NCBI GenBank assembly: GCA_048941015.1
Contig: JBHLNZ010000030.1
Location: 1-38,820, forward strand
Direction of reading: 5' to 3'
DNA length: 38,820 nucleotides
DNA from: Promethearchaeota archaeon
GTDB lineage: Archaea > Asgardarchaeota > Lokiarchaeia > Sigyniarchaeales > SOKP01
Part shown: in pieces, positions 1-9,412 of the stretch
Layout of the letters: every line of letters starts with the position of its first letter
Position numbering within the stretch: the first letter of the stretch is position 1
Translations under genes and position numbers: made by a program
The notes under the pieces: model-generated
Seen by the model: the letters and a program-made list of their open reading frames with translations, nothing else
Told to the model about the DNA's origin: nothing
Database searches by the model: none

Positions 1-2136
1 AAAGAAATTGAAATTCCAATTGAAGAAATTGAAATTAATGATCAATTAATTGTGAGACCTGGAGAAAAAATTCCAGTTGATGGAAAAATTATTGAAGGAA
101 AAACAAAAATCGATGAGTCTATGATTACAGGAGAAAGTAAATATGTTAAAAAGTTGATAGATGATAAAGTAATTGGTGCAACAGTAAATCAAACTGGTTT
201 AATTAAAATACTAACTGAAAAAGTTGGCAAAGATACACTTCTATTTCAAATAATCGATTTCGTAAAAGATGCTCAAGCTCGTAAAGGATCACGACAAAAA
301 TTAGCAGATAAGATTAGTAGTTATTTTGTTCCGATTGTAATAATTGTAGCTACTGGAGCATTCCTTTATTGGTTCTTAGCTGGACCTGGTATCGAAATTT
401 CTGCTCGTCTCGAAACTGCCTTACTAGTATTTTCATCAGTTGTAGTTATCTCTTGTCCATGTGCTTTAGGATTAGCTATTCCGACAGCGATTATGGTTGG
501 TACAGGAAAAGGTGCAGAAAATGGAATTTTAATGAAAGGAGGGGATTCTTTAGAAGCAGTTAATGACATTAATACAATTGTTTTCGATAAAACTGGAACC
601 TTAACAGTGGGAAAACCAAAAGTATCGATTATTTATTCTGAAAAAGATCTAAAAGCTGATGGTTTAAATGATAATGACATTCTTTTTTACGCTGGAAGTG
701 CCGAAATGGGTTCAGAACATCCACTCGCACAATCGATAATTGAGGAAGCAAATCAGAGAGGATTATCATTAGTTTCTCCTACTGATTTCGAAGCAATTCC
801 CGGAAAGGGAATCATTACAACTATATCTGATAAGAAAATACATCTTGGTAATGAAAAATTATTTGAAGATAATAAGATCTCAATTGAAAAATATAAAGAC
901 AAATTTAATGAATATCAGCAAAAAGGAATAACAACAATTTTAATAAGCTTAAATAATCAAATAAAAGGGATAATTGGTATTTCTGATAAATTAAAAGATC
1001 AAACTCCTGATGCTCTTAAGGAACTACGTAAAAAAGGTTTAAATATTTATATGCTTACTGGCGATAATAAACAAACTGCCATGAGTATTGGAAAAGAATT
1101 AAACTTTGATGAAGATCATATATTAGCAGAGATATTGCCAAATGAAAAAGCCCTTACGATAAAAAATTTGCAGGAATCTGGGGAAAATATTCATGTAGCT
1201 ATGGTAGGAGATGGTATAAATGATGCACCTGCTTTAGCACAAGCCGATGTTGGTATAGCAGTAGGATCGGGTACAGACGTGGCAATAGAAACAGCAGATA
1301 TAGTTCTAATGAGAGGGGATTTGAGAAATGTGGTAGCTGCAATTAATCTATCCAATAAAACATATCGAAAGATGCTTACAAACTTGTTTTGGGCATTTAT
1401 TTACAATATTATCGGCATTCCATTAGCAGCTGGTCTACTATATACCTTAACTGGGTTTTTCCTTCCGCCATATCTAGCAGCTATTTTTATGGCTTCAAGT
1501 TCAGTTTCTGTAGTGACAAATGCTTTATTCTTAAAGAGATATGAACCTAAGACAGAACAACAACTTCAAGAGCTGAAATTACTTACAGAGGAAAGGGTAA
1601 TTGATCCGATCTGTGGTATGAAAATTATCCCAAGTCAATCAATTGAATTTAAATATAAAGATAAGAAATATTATTTCTGTAGTGTTGGATGTGAAACAGA
1701 ATTTAAGTCTAATCCAGAAAAATATATGAATTTTGATAATATCAATCCTAAATTGATGCAAAAACAATCGATATCGGACTCTCTTGTAACTGATCCTGTT
1801 TGTGGAATGAAAGGAAAACCTGAGGATTGGATCGAATATGAGTATAATGGAAAAAAATATTATTTCTGTAATAATTCATGTCTGATAGAATTCAAAAAAG
1901 AACCAAATAAATATATCAAAAATGAAGAAGATTTTATTAAATCAAATAAAAAGGAGGTTGAAGAAAAAGTGGCAAAATTGAAGTGTGTTGAATGTGGTTT
2001 AGAGCAAGATTTACCGGCACATTGCGGTAAACCGATGCATGAAGAGGGTGATCAATTAGTCTGTTGGATGGGATCTTCATGTGGAACTCAACCAATTCCA
2101 AAACATCATGGGAAACCAATGAAAATTATTGATTGA
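1..2136 (+). CDS. copA: Cu(I)-translocating P1B-type ATPase (5' partial) with two C-terminal YHS/TRASH domains and a terminal Cys/His-rich domain
   Basis: Frame is open from base 1 ([10 protein letters not shown]...[11 protein letters not shown]), so the true start lies upstream of the window. Motifs [26 protein letters not shown] and MxxSS fit P1B-1. Tail has [14 protein letters not shown] and [14 protein letters not shown], then CxxCG..HCGKPM..C..CG..HHGKPM. Confidence 0.95.
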   Translation, partial: KEIEIPIEEIEINDQLIVRPGEKIPVDGKIIEGKTKIDESMITGESKYVKKLIDDKVIGATVNQTGLIKILTEKVGKDTLLFQIIDFVKDAQARKGSRQKLADKISSYFVPIVIIVATGAFLYWFLAGPGIEISARLETALLVFSSVVVISCPCALGLAIPTAIMVGTGKGAENGILMKGGDSLEAVNDINTIVFDKTGTLTVGKPKVSIIYSEKDLKADGLNDNDILFYAGSAEMGSEHPLAQSIIEEANQRGLSLVSPTDFEAIPGKGIITTISDKKIHLGNEKLFEDNKISIEKYKDKFNEYQQKGITTILISLNNQIKGIIGISDKLKDQTPDALKELRKKGLNIYMLTGDNKQTAMSIGKELNFDEDHILAEILPNEKALTIKNLQESGENIHVAMVGDGINDAPALAQADVGIAVGSGTDVAIETADIVLMRGDLRNVVAAINLSNKTYRKMLTNLFWAFIYNIIGIPLAAGLLYTLTGFFLPPYLAAIFMASSSVSVVTNALFLKRYEPKTEQQLQELKLLTEERVIDPICGMKIIPSQSIEFKYKDKKYYFCSVGCETEFKSNPEKYMNFDNINPKLMQKQSISDSLVTDPVCGMKGKPEDWIEYEYNGKKYYFCNNSCLIEFKKEPNKYIKNEEDFIKSNKKEVEEKVAKLKCVECGLEQDLPAHCGKPMHEEGDQLVCWMGSSCGTQPIPKHHGKPMKIID
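1603..1914 (+). repeat. Two tandem YHS/TRASH-coding repeats in copA
   Basis: gatccgatctgtggtatgaaa (1603) vs gatcctgtttgtggaatgaaa (1792); each is followed by KKYYFC..C..EF...P.KY. Confidence 0.8.
1951..1971 (+). promoter_or_regulatory. Candidate internal ribosome-binding site (AAGGAGGT) and in-frame GTG within copA
   Basis: AAGGAGGT at 1951-1958, a 10-nt spacer, then GTG at 1969 in the copA frame exactly at the start of the terminal Cys/His domain. Confidence 0.45.
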
Positions 2137-2321
2137 AGGTGTTAATAATAAAAGAATTAAAATGTGTTAAATGTGGCAATATTATTGAGACAATTCCATT
2201 GCATTGTGGCTCTAGTATGATATATAACGAAGAGACAAATCAATTGGAATGTTATATGGGACCTAAATGTGGTTACATAAAATTTGATGAATTTATATGT
2301 GAAAATTGTTGTAAAGAATAA
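2133..2321 (+). CDS. Small Cys-rich metal-binding protein, paralog of the CopA C-terminal domain
   Basis: Overlaps the copA stop (TTGA). [28 protein letters not shown] aligns with Cop[29 protein letters not shown]. Start codon is uncertain. Confidence 0.8.
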   Translation: MKVLIIKELKCVKCGNIIETIPLHCGSSMIYNEETNQLECYMGPKCGYIKFDEFICENCCKE

Positions 2322-2333
2322 TTTTTTTTTTTT
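2322..2333 (+). terminator. Oligo-T tract (archaeal-type terminator) after the copA operon
   Basis: T12 run immediately after the TAA at 2319-2321. Confidence 0.5.
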
Positions 2334-2624
2334 AAAAATTTACATCTCTTAATGTACAAAAATGTAAATATTTTCTTCTGTTTGTTCAAAGAATTTCTCG
2401 ATAGTTATTATAAATCGATTTATAAAAAGATCCTCAACTCTTTTAATTTTACTAGTAATTTGTGAAATTTTACCACCAAAATATTTGTTTTACTACTATT
2501 TTTCCTAAATTTGCTGGTTAAATTTAACATAATCCTTTTAATTCAAATTGAAAATGTAATATTTATTAAAAAAATTTCATTTTAATTTTCAGTTTCAATT
2601 ATTTTAAAAGAAAAATGATCAATA

Positions 2625-5321
2625 ATGAAAAAAATAAAGTATAGTGTTATTTTTTTAGTAATACTACTAATTGGTTGTGTGTTTTCTAGTTTTAATCCAC
2701 AAGGCGATAAAAACATCCAGTACGTTGAAAATATCGAGATAATCAATACATCAGGGACAATTCCTTTTATATATGGAACTGAAGAAGATCCAGTAAGAGT
2801 ACTTGATCCACACTCAGCTTTCAATATTGAATCTATTCAAGTGATAGATCAAGTTTGTGAAAGGCTATTTACCTATAATTTAACCAATTTAAGCTTACCT
2901 CTCATTCCTCAATTGGCTTCTAATTTTGGAATTTGGGAAGGACCTAATCTAGATGGAACATGGAATTATACGGTTTCTCTAAGAAGTGATGTTTATTTTC
3001 ATGATGGGACCCTATTTAATGCGACTGCCGTTAAATGGAGCTTTGATAGACTTAATTATTTTATTGAGCAAGATCTCACTGATATTGCAATATTGTATAA
3101 ATTTTACGATACAATAACACAAGATTTCGTTCTAATAATAAACAGAACTGAAATTGTAGATGAATTTGAAGTTAGATTTGTTCTTAATCAACCTTACGCT
3201 CCTTTTGAAGATTTACTTACATTTAGTGGCTCTAGTATATTATCTCCTGTTTCCACTCCTCTTTACAGTTTTATTAATACTATTACCGGTGATTTAGTCG
3301 GCACTGGTCCATTTGTGTATGATCGTTATATCCTTGATACTCAAGTAGACTTTCATGCTTTTGAAAACTATTGGGATGGTAAAGCTGATATCGATACTAT
3401 GATATTTAAATTCATCGCTAGCAGAGATGATAGAAATGCTGCTTTATCGTCTGGAGATGTCCACTTTATTAGAGATCCTTCTCCATCCTTTTATAGCAGC
3501 TTCCAAGCCGATCCTGATATAAATCTTTTGGATTCTGGAGTAAAGGGTACCTCAGGATATTATTTAGGCATGAATAATGATTGGATTAATTCAACCCTTC
3601 GACAAGCAATCTCATATGCGATTAATTACACCGATATCATTGAGAATTTTATGCATGAGCAAGCAGAGAGGTTAAAATCACCTATTCCAAACGGAATGCA
3701 TTATGCAAATTCAACCTTCGATGTAGCTTATTTTAATGTTACAAAAGCAAGAGAGATAATGCAAACTATGGGTTATGGATCAACTTTGGATACCACATAC
3801 CCAGGATCAGATGAATCTGAATGGACATCGTCTACTTTTGAGTCATTCAATTTTACTTATTGGAGTGGTTATCAGATAGGAGAGTATTTGTCAACTTTGC
3901 TAACTAACAATCTCAGTTTGATTGGTATGGAGGTTAATCCGGCTATTGTTTCTTATAATGAATTCAACAACAGATTATTTTTTAATAGGCATAAGTTACA
4001 ATTATTCTATACGGGATGGGGTGCAGATTATAACGATCCATCTAATTTTATTAATAATTTATTTACTAATAGAACTAGTGCTTTCAATTTTGCTAAGTAC
4101 AATGGTTATGAAGCTGCAATTGAAGCCGGAAGGGATGCCTATGATATAAACTACAACGTTCAATTATTAATGGAAGCTGCCCTATTCGAAATTAATCCAT
4201 CAGTAAGAAAAGGGATGTATGATCGAATTCAAGAATTACTTGTGGAAGATGATATGGCTATGGGATATCTTTTTGTTCAAAACGTGACATATGCTCACAA
4301 TGTCAATCTATCAAGTTATCCAGAAAATGGGCTTGGTAAAATATACTTTTATCCCTGTGAATGGAATGCTCCTGATAGCATTCTTTCCAGTCCTACAAAC
4401 TTAATTGCCACAACAAATTCCTGGAATCAGATAAGTCTCCAATGGACTGATACCGAATCAAATGAAGATGGCTTTCGAATTCAACGTAAATTAGGGGTAA
4501 TGGGAACTTATATGGAGATAGCTACAGTAGGGCCAAATATTAATACATATGTCGATACTGATTTATTACCTGAAGGTATGTATTATTACAGAGTTCAATC
4601 TTATAATTTTACTCTCGGAAGTTCAGATTGGTCAAACGAAGGAATAAATACAACTTTACCTGCATTAGCCCCTGTTTTAAATGTAATAATACCCAATCCT
4701 GATACAGATGGAGATATTTTCTTAAATTGGAGTGATGTAGATGGAGCCACTAGTTATAATGTATATCGAGATACATCATCGATTACAGATATTTCAGGAA
4801 TGACGCCTATTACCATGCCTATTTCATCTCAATATGATGATAATGGATTACCCGAAGGAACCTATTATTATGTGATTACAGGAGTGAATGCTGGCGAAGA
4901 AACTCCAATTTCAAACTGTGAATCCGTCTTAGTGGATCTTCCACCACCTGACGCTCCAGTTTTATCCACAATAACACCAAATCCCAATAAAGATGGAGAT
5001 GTTTTTTTGGATTGGAATGATGTAGATGAAGCTACAAGTTATAATATATACAGAGCTAGTTCAGTGATAACAGATATCTCCGGATTAACAGCAATTGGTA
5101 CATCCACTTCCTCTCAGTATAATGACAATGGATTAACCGATGGGACATACTACTACGTAATCACTGCTGTAAATGCAACTGGAGAATCATTAATTTCAAA
5201 TTGTGAATCTGTGACTATAAAAATTCCAAAAATCCCTGGTTCATATCCATTCGTGTTTATCCCTGCAGTAATTTTCGGATTAATAGGACTTATTATTAGT
5301 TTTAGAAAAAAACTCAAATAA
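2625..5321 (+). CDS. ABC-type peptide/nickel substrate-binding protein (family 5, OppA/DppA-like) with three FN3 domains and a C-terminal membrane anchor
   Basis: Signal peptide; LDPH..., LRSDVYFHDGTLFNATAVKWSFDR, GTGPF, LRQAISYAIN, GWGADYNDP. Three FN3-like repeats (W...Y.VYR...Y.D..L..GTYYY.V). C-terminus IPGSYP-hydrophobic-RKKLK. Confidence 0.9.
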   Translation: MKKIKYSVIFLVILLIGCVFSSFNPQGDKNIQYVENIEIINTSGTIPFIYGTEEDPVRVLDPHSAFNIESIQVIDQVCERLFTYNLTNLSLPLIPQLASNFGIWEGPNLDGTWNYTVSLRSDVYFHDGTLFNATAVKWSFDRLNYFIEQDLTDIAILYKFYDTITQDFVLIINRTEIVDEFEVRFVLNQPYAPFEDLLTFSGSSILSPVSTPLYSFINTITGDLVGTGPFVYDRYILDTQVDFHAFENYWDGKADIDTMIFKFIASRDDRNAALSSGDVHFIRDPSPSFYSSFQADPDINLLDSGVKGTSGYYLGMNNDWINSTLRQAISYAINYTDIIENFMHEQAERLKSPIPNGMHYANSTFDVAYFNVTKAREIMQTMGYGSTLDTTYPGSDESEWTSSTFESFNFTYWSGYQIGEYLSTLLTNNLSLIGMEVNPAIVSYNEFNNRLFFNRHKLQLFYTGWGADYNDPSNFINNLFTNRTSAFNFAKYNGYEAAIEAGRDAYDINYNVQLLMEAALFEINPSVRKGMYDRIQELLVEDDMAMGYLFVQNVTYAHNVNLSSYPENGLGKIYFYPCEWNAPDSILSSPTNLIATTNSWNQISLQWTDTESNEDGFRIQRKLGVMGTYMEIATVGPNINTYVDTDLLPEGMYYYRVQSYNFTLGSSDWSNEGINTTLPALAPVLNVIIPNPDTDGDIFLNWSDVDGATSYNVYRDTSSITDISGMTPITMPISSQYDDNGLPEGTYYYVITGVNAGEETPISNCESVLVDLPPPDAPVLSTITPNPNKDGDVFLDWNDVDEATSYNIYRASSVITDISGLTAIGTSTSSQYNDNGLTDGTYYYVITAVNATGESLISNCESVTIKIPKIPGSYPFVFIPAVIFGLIGLIISFRKKLK
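4668..5213 (+). repeat. Tandemly duplicated FN3 domains
   Basis: APVLNVIIPNPDTDGDIFLNWSDVDGATSYNVYR...ISNCESV vs APVLSTITPNPNKDGDVFLDWNDVDEATSYNIYR...ISNCESV, offset about 285 nt; similarity is visible at DNA level. Confidence 0.85.
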
Positions 5322-5328
5322 TTTTTTT

Positions 5329-6591
5329 TTATTCTTTTTTCTTAGAATATAGCCATATTTCCAATATTATAAAAATTACTAACCCTATAGCTGTTATTAG
5401 AGCACCGACAAGGAAGGAAGTTTGATATGCAAATAAATCTCCTGTGCCCTTACCGATTAAAAAATCTATAAGCGGACCAGAAATCAAGGTGCATGCTAAC
5501 CCCCATGAAAGGAAAAAAGTTGTATTGTAAACTCCAAATAATTTTGCCCGAATTTTAGCTGGAATAAGATCTGAAGCGATAGTATATGAGGCAGCATATA
5601 CAATTACTTCTCCACTTCCTATAAAGAAACTTCCTAAAAATATTAAAATTAAGTTAGATGTTAATGCGGTAATAATCAATGCGATAATCGCCAAACCCGC
5701 CCCAAGTATTAATGTATTACTTTTACCCATTTTTTTACTTAAAAAACCTGCTGAGAGACCTATTATAAGAATTGCTAATGAGCGAGCATTAGCAACAAAA
5801 CTCAGAGTGATACTATCCAAATTAAAACCGGAATCTAATATAAGATATTGTGAATAAGGAACGGAAATTGAATTTCTCCCGAAATTTATAAAAATTAACG
5901 AAATTATAAAAATTAAGAAAATTAATTTAAAATCTTTCCTTGGTTCACTATTATTATTATTCTGCTCATAATTAGATTCTGATTTGAGGTCTAATCCCCC
6001 TTCTGGAGCTAATAACATTGGTATTGTCGATATAAACATTACAAATGAAGAAACAAAAAATAGGGGTCCATTTCGAAATCCAAAGCCATTATCATAAAGA
6101 AAACCTCCAATTGCTATCCCAAACATTCGACCAAGTCCTCCAATACTAGATAATTGTCCCATAACTTTACTTCTTTCACGAGAGGGATATATATCACTTA
6201 TAAGAGCGCTCCATCCAATATTTGACATACTCCAGAACGCTTCTATACAAGTTAATCCTATAATAATTACATATCCCGCGATAAAGAGGTCTGAAACGAA
6301 AAAATGAATAGCCCAGACCGAAGTAGTACCGATTCCAGCTAAAATTTCACCTAAAATTATTAAGACTCTTCTACGTTGGATTTTATCAGATAAAGGACCC
6401 CAAACTAAGTTTTGAAATATTACACTCATTATCATAGGAAGGGTAGCATACAATGTAGTCTCTGTTACTGATAATTTAAGGAAATCTCTTAAATAGATCG
6501 AAAGATAAGTATAGAACATTCCTCTTCTAAACATAGCAAGGATTTGAAAAGAAGATAAACCGATAAAAGTTTTTAAAAAAAATTTAACCAC
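5329..6591 (-). CDS. Major facilitator superfamily transporter
   Basis: About 12 TM segments; motif A GPLSDKIQRR and its second-half copy GFLSKKMGKS; SDIYPSRERSKVMG / SDLIPAKIRAKLFG. Confidence 0.92.
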   Translation of the reverse strand: MVKFFLKTFIGLSSFQILAMFRRGMFYTYLSIYLRDFLKLSVTETTLYATLPMIMSVIFQNLVWGPLSDKIQRRRVLIILGEILAGIGTTSVWAIHFFVSDLFIAGYVIIIGLTCIEAFWSMSNIGWSALISDIYPSRERSKVMGQLSSIGGLGRMFGIAIGGFLYDNGFGFRNGPLFFVSSFVMFISTIPMLLAPEGGLDLKSESNYEQNNNNSEPRKDFKLIFLIFIISLIFINFGRNSISVPYSQYLILDSGFNLDSITLSFVANARSLAILIIGLSAGFLSKKMGKSNTLILGAGLAIIALIITALTSNLILIFLGSFFIGSGEVIVYAASYTIASDLIPAKIRAKLFGVYNTTFFLSWGLACTLISGPLIDFLIGKGTGDLFAYQTSFLVGALITAIGLVIFIILEIWLYSKKKE

Positions 6592-6644
6592 TTTAAATCA
6601 AACTATAAAGTGAAAAATTGCTTATGTATTTTCTTTCATCATAA

Positions 6645-8963
6645 TTAATCTGCTGAAAAAATGTCAATCTCTTTTTTAGGGAATATTTTAAAAATTTTTG
6701 AGATCTCTTCCCCTTTTTCGATTTTTTCTATTGTTTCGATATAGATTGGATAATAGTCATATAAGATTCTTAATACGTCATTCCACATGTTCTGTTTTTC
6801 TGTATTATGTCCAATACCTTTCCTTAATTTTGAAATTCCCGCTTTAGTTCTTTTTTTCTTTAAATTTTTCAGAAATCTCTTATTAAATTCTTTTTTGATT
6901 CTATTATATTCTTCAGGTCTAAAACTTGCTATACTATAAAGAAGATCTTCGTCAGCATAAGGAAAGAAACTAACTTTTTTATCTTCTGGTTCTTCAGGAT
7001 TATCGAGCAATTCTAATTCAATTTCAGTAGCTTTTAGGGATTCTAGAATTGGATAAAGTTCTCCAGGTGTGATCTTAGTTTCCAATTGCACTTGAGAAGC
7101 AATCTCAGAAATTGAATAATTAAAATCTGGATATTTTTCTTCATTTTCTATTCGATAAATATACTCTTTCTTTAAAATTTGGATTATGGCTTCGCTTAAA
7201 GCATCTGGTATCTCTTTATTAATGAAAGCAATTTCAGTTTCCTTTTGTTTCTTTTCAAATACTTTCAAGTCTTTTTGTTTTTTAGAATAATCATTTGTTA
7301 GTGATGATAGAAAAATGTCCGTAGCTTTTTCTGATTTAGTGTCATTAAGTAATTTTAATGATTTACGTTTTTTACTTCTCATTGTTTTATACAATCTATC
7401 TGAAAGAAATCTCTTTGCCTTTTTCTGTGCAACATCCTTACTATCAAATTTTTGAGTTACTGATACAAAATCAATAAATTTCTGTCTAACACCATAATCA
7501 TTCTTCCTTTCAGTAATAGTAATATCCATATTACTATCAGCTAATTCTTTTATTAAAGAATAAATAGACCCTTTAGATAATTTTGTTGCTTTTATTAATT
7601 CTCGGTCTAAAATTTCAATCGGATAGGAATCCGCTCTTCTAATATACTCACTTTTTAATAACTTATAAATTATTGTGAGCTTTTCTTCTTCATTGTTCAC
7701 AGTTTCTTTTTGTAATCTTATAAACATTGAGGTTTCATGAGGTTTCAAGTAATAAACTAATAGTGTAGCTCCAAGAAAGATAATCATTATTATCGAAACA
7801 ATATACTTATCTGATAATAATATATTTCCAATAAGAGTTATTTCTTGATTTGAAATTTCAGTTTGGAGAGCGTATCTTGTCAATGTTTGAGCAAAAACAC
7901 ATCCTAAAATAAGTACAATCAATCCATCTCGTTTAAATATAAAAATCTGCCACCCTAATGAACGTCCTAACTTCAATATTATTCTATATAAAAAAAACAT
8001 GGATATGATAAACTCTACAATAAATATTACTGAAACTGTCGAGCTTGTAGCACCAACTGTAGCTTTTAATGCATCAATTGTTTCAGGTCTTAATATTAAA
8101 AATATTGAAATTTGAAAAATTTGAAAGAAAAATATAAATAATACTATTAATGAAAAAGTGTAATTGTCATACAATCCTGCTCTCTTTGTTTCAGCTTTTC
8201 TTCTCGTAAAAACAAACTCGAATAAAATAAATAATAAAGTCAAAACAAGACTAAAGTAAATTAAAGGCATTATCAATCTCATCTCAATAGTATAAACTTT
8301 TACTGCCTCTTCGGGAGCAAAAGGTCCAAAAAAGTCCAAAGAAAGAAATACAAGTAATGCTCTATATGTTAGGGAAATAATAACTAAAATAGCTAAGATA
8401 AAATAGGGACTAATCATTGCTAAAAAACGTCTTAATGGAGAATATTCTGCTATAAATTTTGCTTCAAGTTTAGTTGCAAATTTTCTAGAATACATAAAAA
8501 ATCGAGTACTGTATAAAACTAGCCAAATCGTCGATAACATTAATAAGTAACTCATAAAGTTTATTGCTGTTGTAAATATGAATGAAAATAATAAATAAAA
8601 TCCCCCTATTATGCAGATATAGATTAAAGCCTGTTTTAATGCAGACTTGTTTTCAAATATAAATAGTCTTATTTTATCACTGCTATAAAGAAGTGATAAT
8701 ACTAAAAAGAATGTTACAAGAGAATTACAAAAAGCAAAAGGATTAAATAGTGTAATAATCTGAAGAAATAAAAAATTCTGAAAATTTAGTGAGATTAAAA
8801 GCATAAAAGAATAAAATAAAAATATTGAATATATTCCTATAAATTTCTTATTAAATGCAAAAGATTTAGGAGGCTCTTTGCCTTCAATATAAATTTCTCT
8901 AAAAAAGATTTTTTTAAAAATTTTTTTTAATTTGCCCTTGATATTAGACTTTTTGAAGGTCAT
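6645..8963 (-). CDS. Hypothetical polytopic membrane protein (~10 TM) with a cytoplasmic tandem winged-helix-like region
   Basis: About 10 hydrophobic segments in aa ~40-405. Soluble C-terminal half has two related repeats (LLKSEYIRR..TKLSKGSIYSLIKEL / ILKKEYIYR..TKITPGELYPILESL). Confidence 0.75.
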   Translation of the reverse strand: MTFKKSNIKGKLKKIFKKIFFREIYIEGKEPPKSFAFNKKFIGIYSIFLFYSFMLLISLNFQNFLFLQIITLFNPFAFCNSLVTFFLVLSLLYSSDKIRLFIFENKSALKQALIYICIIGGFYLLFSFIFTTAINFMSYLLMLSTIWLVLYSTRFFMYSRKFATKLEAKFIAEYSPLRRFLAMISPYFILAILVIISLTYRALLVFLSLDFFGPFAPEEAVKVYTIEMRLIMPLIYFSLVLTLLFILFEFVFTRRKAETKRAGLYDNYTFSLIVLFIFFFQIFQISIFLILRPETIDALKATVGATSSTVSVIFIVEFIISMFFLYRIILKLGRSLGWQIFIFKRDGLIVLILGCVFAQTLTRYALQTEISNQEITLIGNILLSDKYIVSIIMIIFLGATLLVYYLKPHETSMFIRLQKETVNNEEEKLTIIYKLLKSEYIRRADSYPIEILDRELIKATKLSKGSIYSLIKELADSNMDITITERKNDYGVRQKFIDFVSVTQKFDSKDVAQKKAKRFLSDRLYKTMRSKKRKSLKLLNDTKSEKATDIFLSSLTNDYSKKQKDLKVFEKKQKETEIAFINKEIPDALSEAIIQILKKEYIYRIENEEKYPDFNYSISEIASQVQLETKITPGELYPILESLKATEIELELLDNPEEPEDKKVSFFPYADEDLLYSIASFRPEEYNRIKKEFNKRFLKNLKKKRTKAGISKLRKGIGHNTEKQNMWNDVLRILYDYYPIYIETIEKIEKGEEISKIFKIFPKKEIDIFSAD

Positions 8964-9113
8964 CCTAAAATTTTAAGTTATAATAATTATACCGATCCAA
9001 TTTAACTAATATTAAATGAATTTTATAATAAAAAGTGTAAGTATACTTTTAAAATAAAGTTTAATTATCTAATGAAATCTTTAAAAATTTTCAAGTATAA
9101 TATAATTTTGAGC

Positions 9114-9395
9114 ATGGATAAACAACTTGATCCTTCTGATAAAGAAAGTATTCTAAAACTTATTAAACAAGCAATAGAAATGCTATGTGAGAAAAATATA
9201 TCAGAAGTAGTTATACTTTCTTCTTATAAGATTAATTCAGTCTTAAAAGAAAATTATGGTGTTGATATAAGGGTTGATAAAATAGGGCGAATTTTAAGTA
9301 ATCTAGCTAAAAGAAATCAATTAAAAAGATTGAGTACAAATATTCCTAAATATAAACTTCATATCTCAAAAATTTCTTCTTTAGAATTCTATTAA
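9114..9395 (+). CDS. Small hypothetical protein, probable winged-helix fold
   Basis: ORF is 9072-9395; ATG at 9114 is the more likely start. Pattern SSYKINSVLKENYGVDIRVDKIGRILSNLAKRNQLKRL..KYKL resembles a wHTH. Confidence 0.65.
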   Translation: MDKQLDPSDKESILKLIKQAIEMLCEKNISEVVILSSYKINSVLKENYGVDIRVDKIGRILSNLAKRNQLKRLSTNIPKYKLHISKISSLEFY

Positions 9396-9412
9396 AAATT
9401 TATTAAATCTCC

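Noticed and set aside
2134-2145. copA TGA as selenocysteine or readthrough into the Cys-rich gene
   Set aside because: An in-frame TAA follows two codons later, and the downstream ORF is in a different frame.
366-4149. Short alternative-frame or antisense ORFs (366-569, 369-563, 1937-2119, 2582-2824, 3922-4149)
   Set aside because: They overlap well-supported genes (copA, SBP) almost entirely and have no motifs; shadow ORFs.
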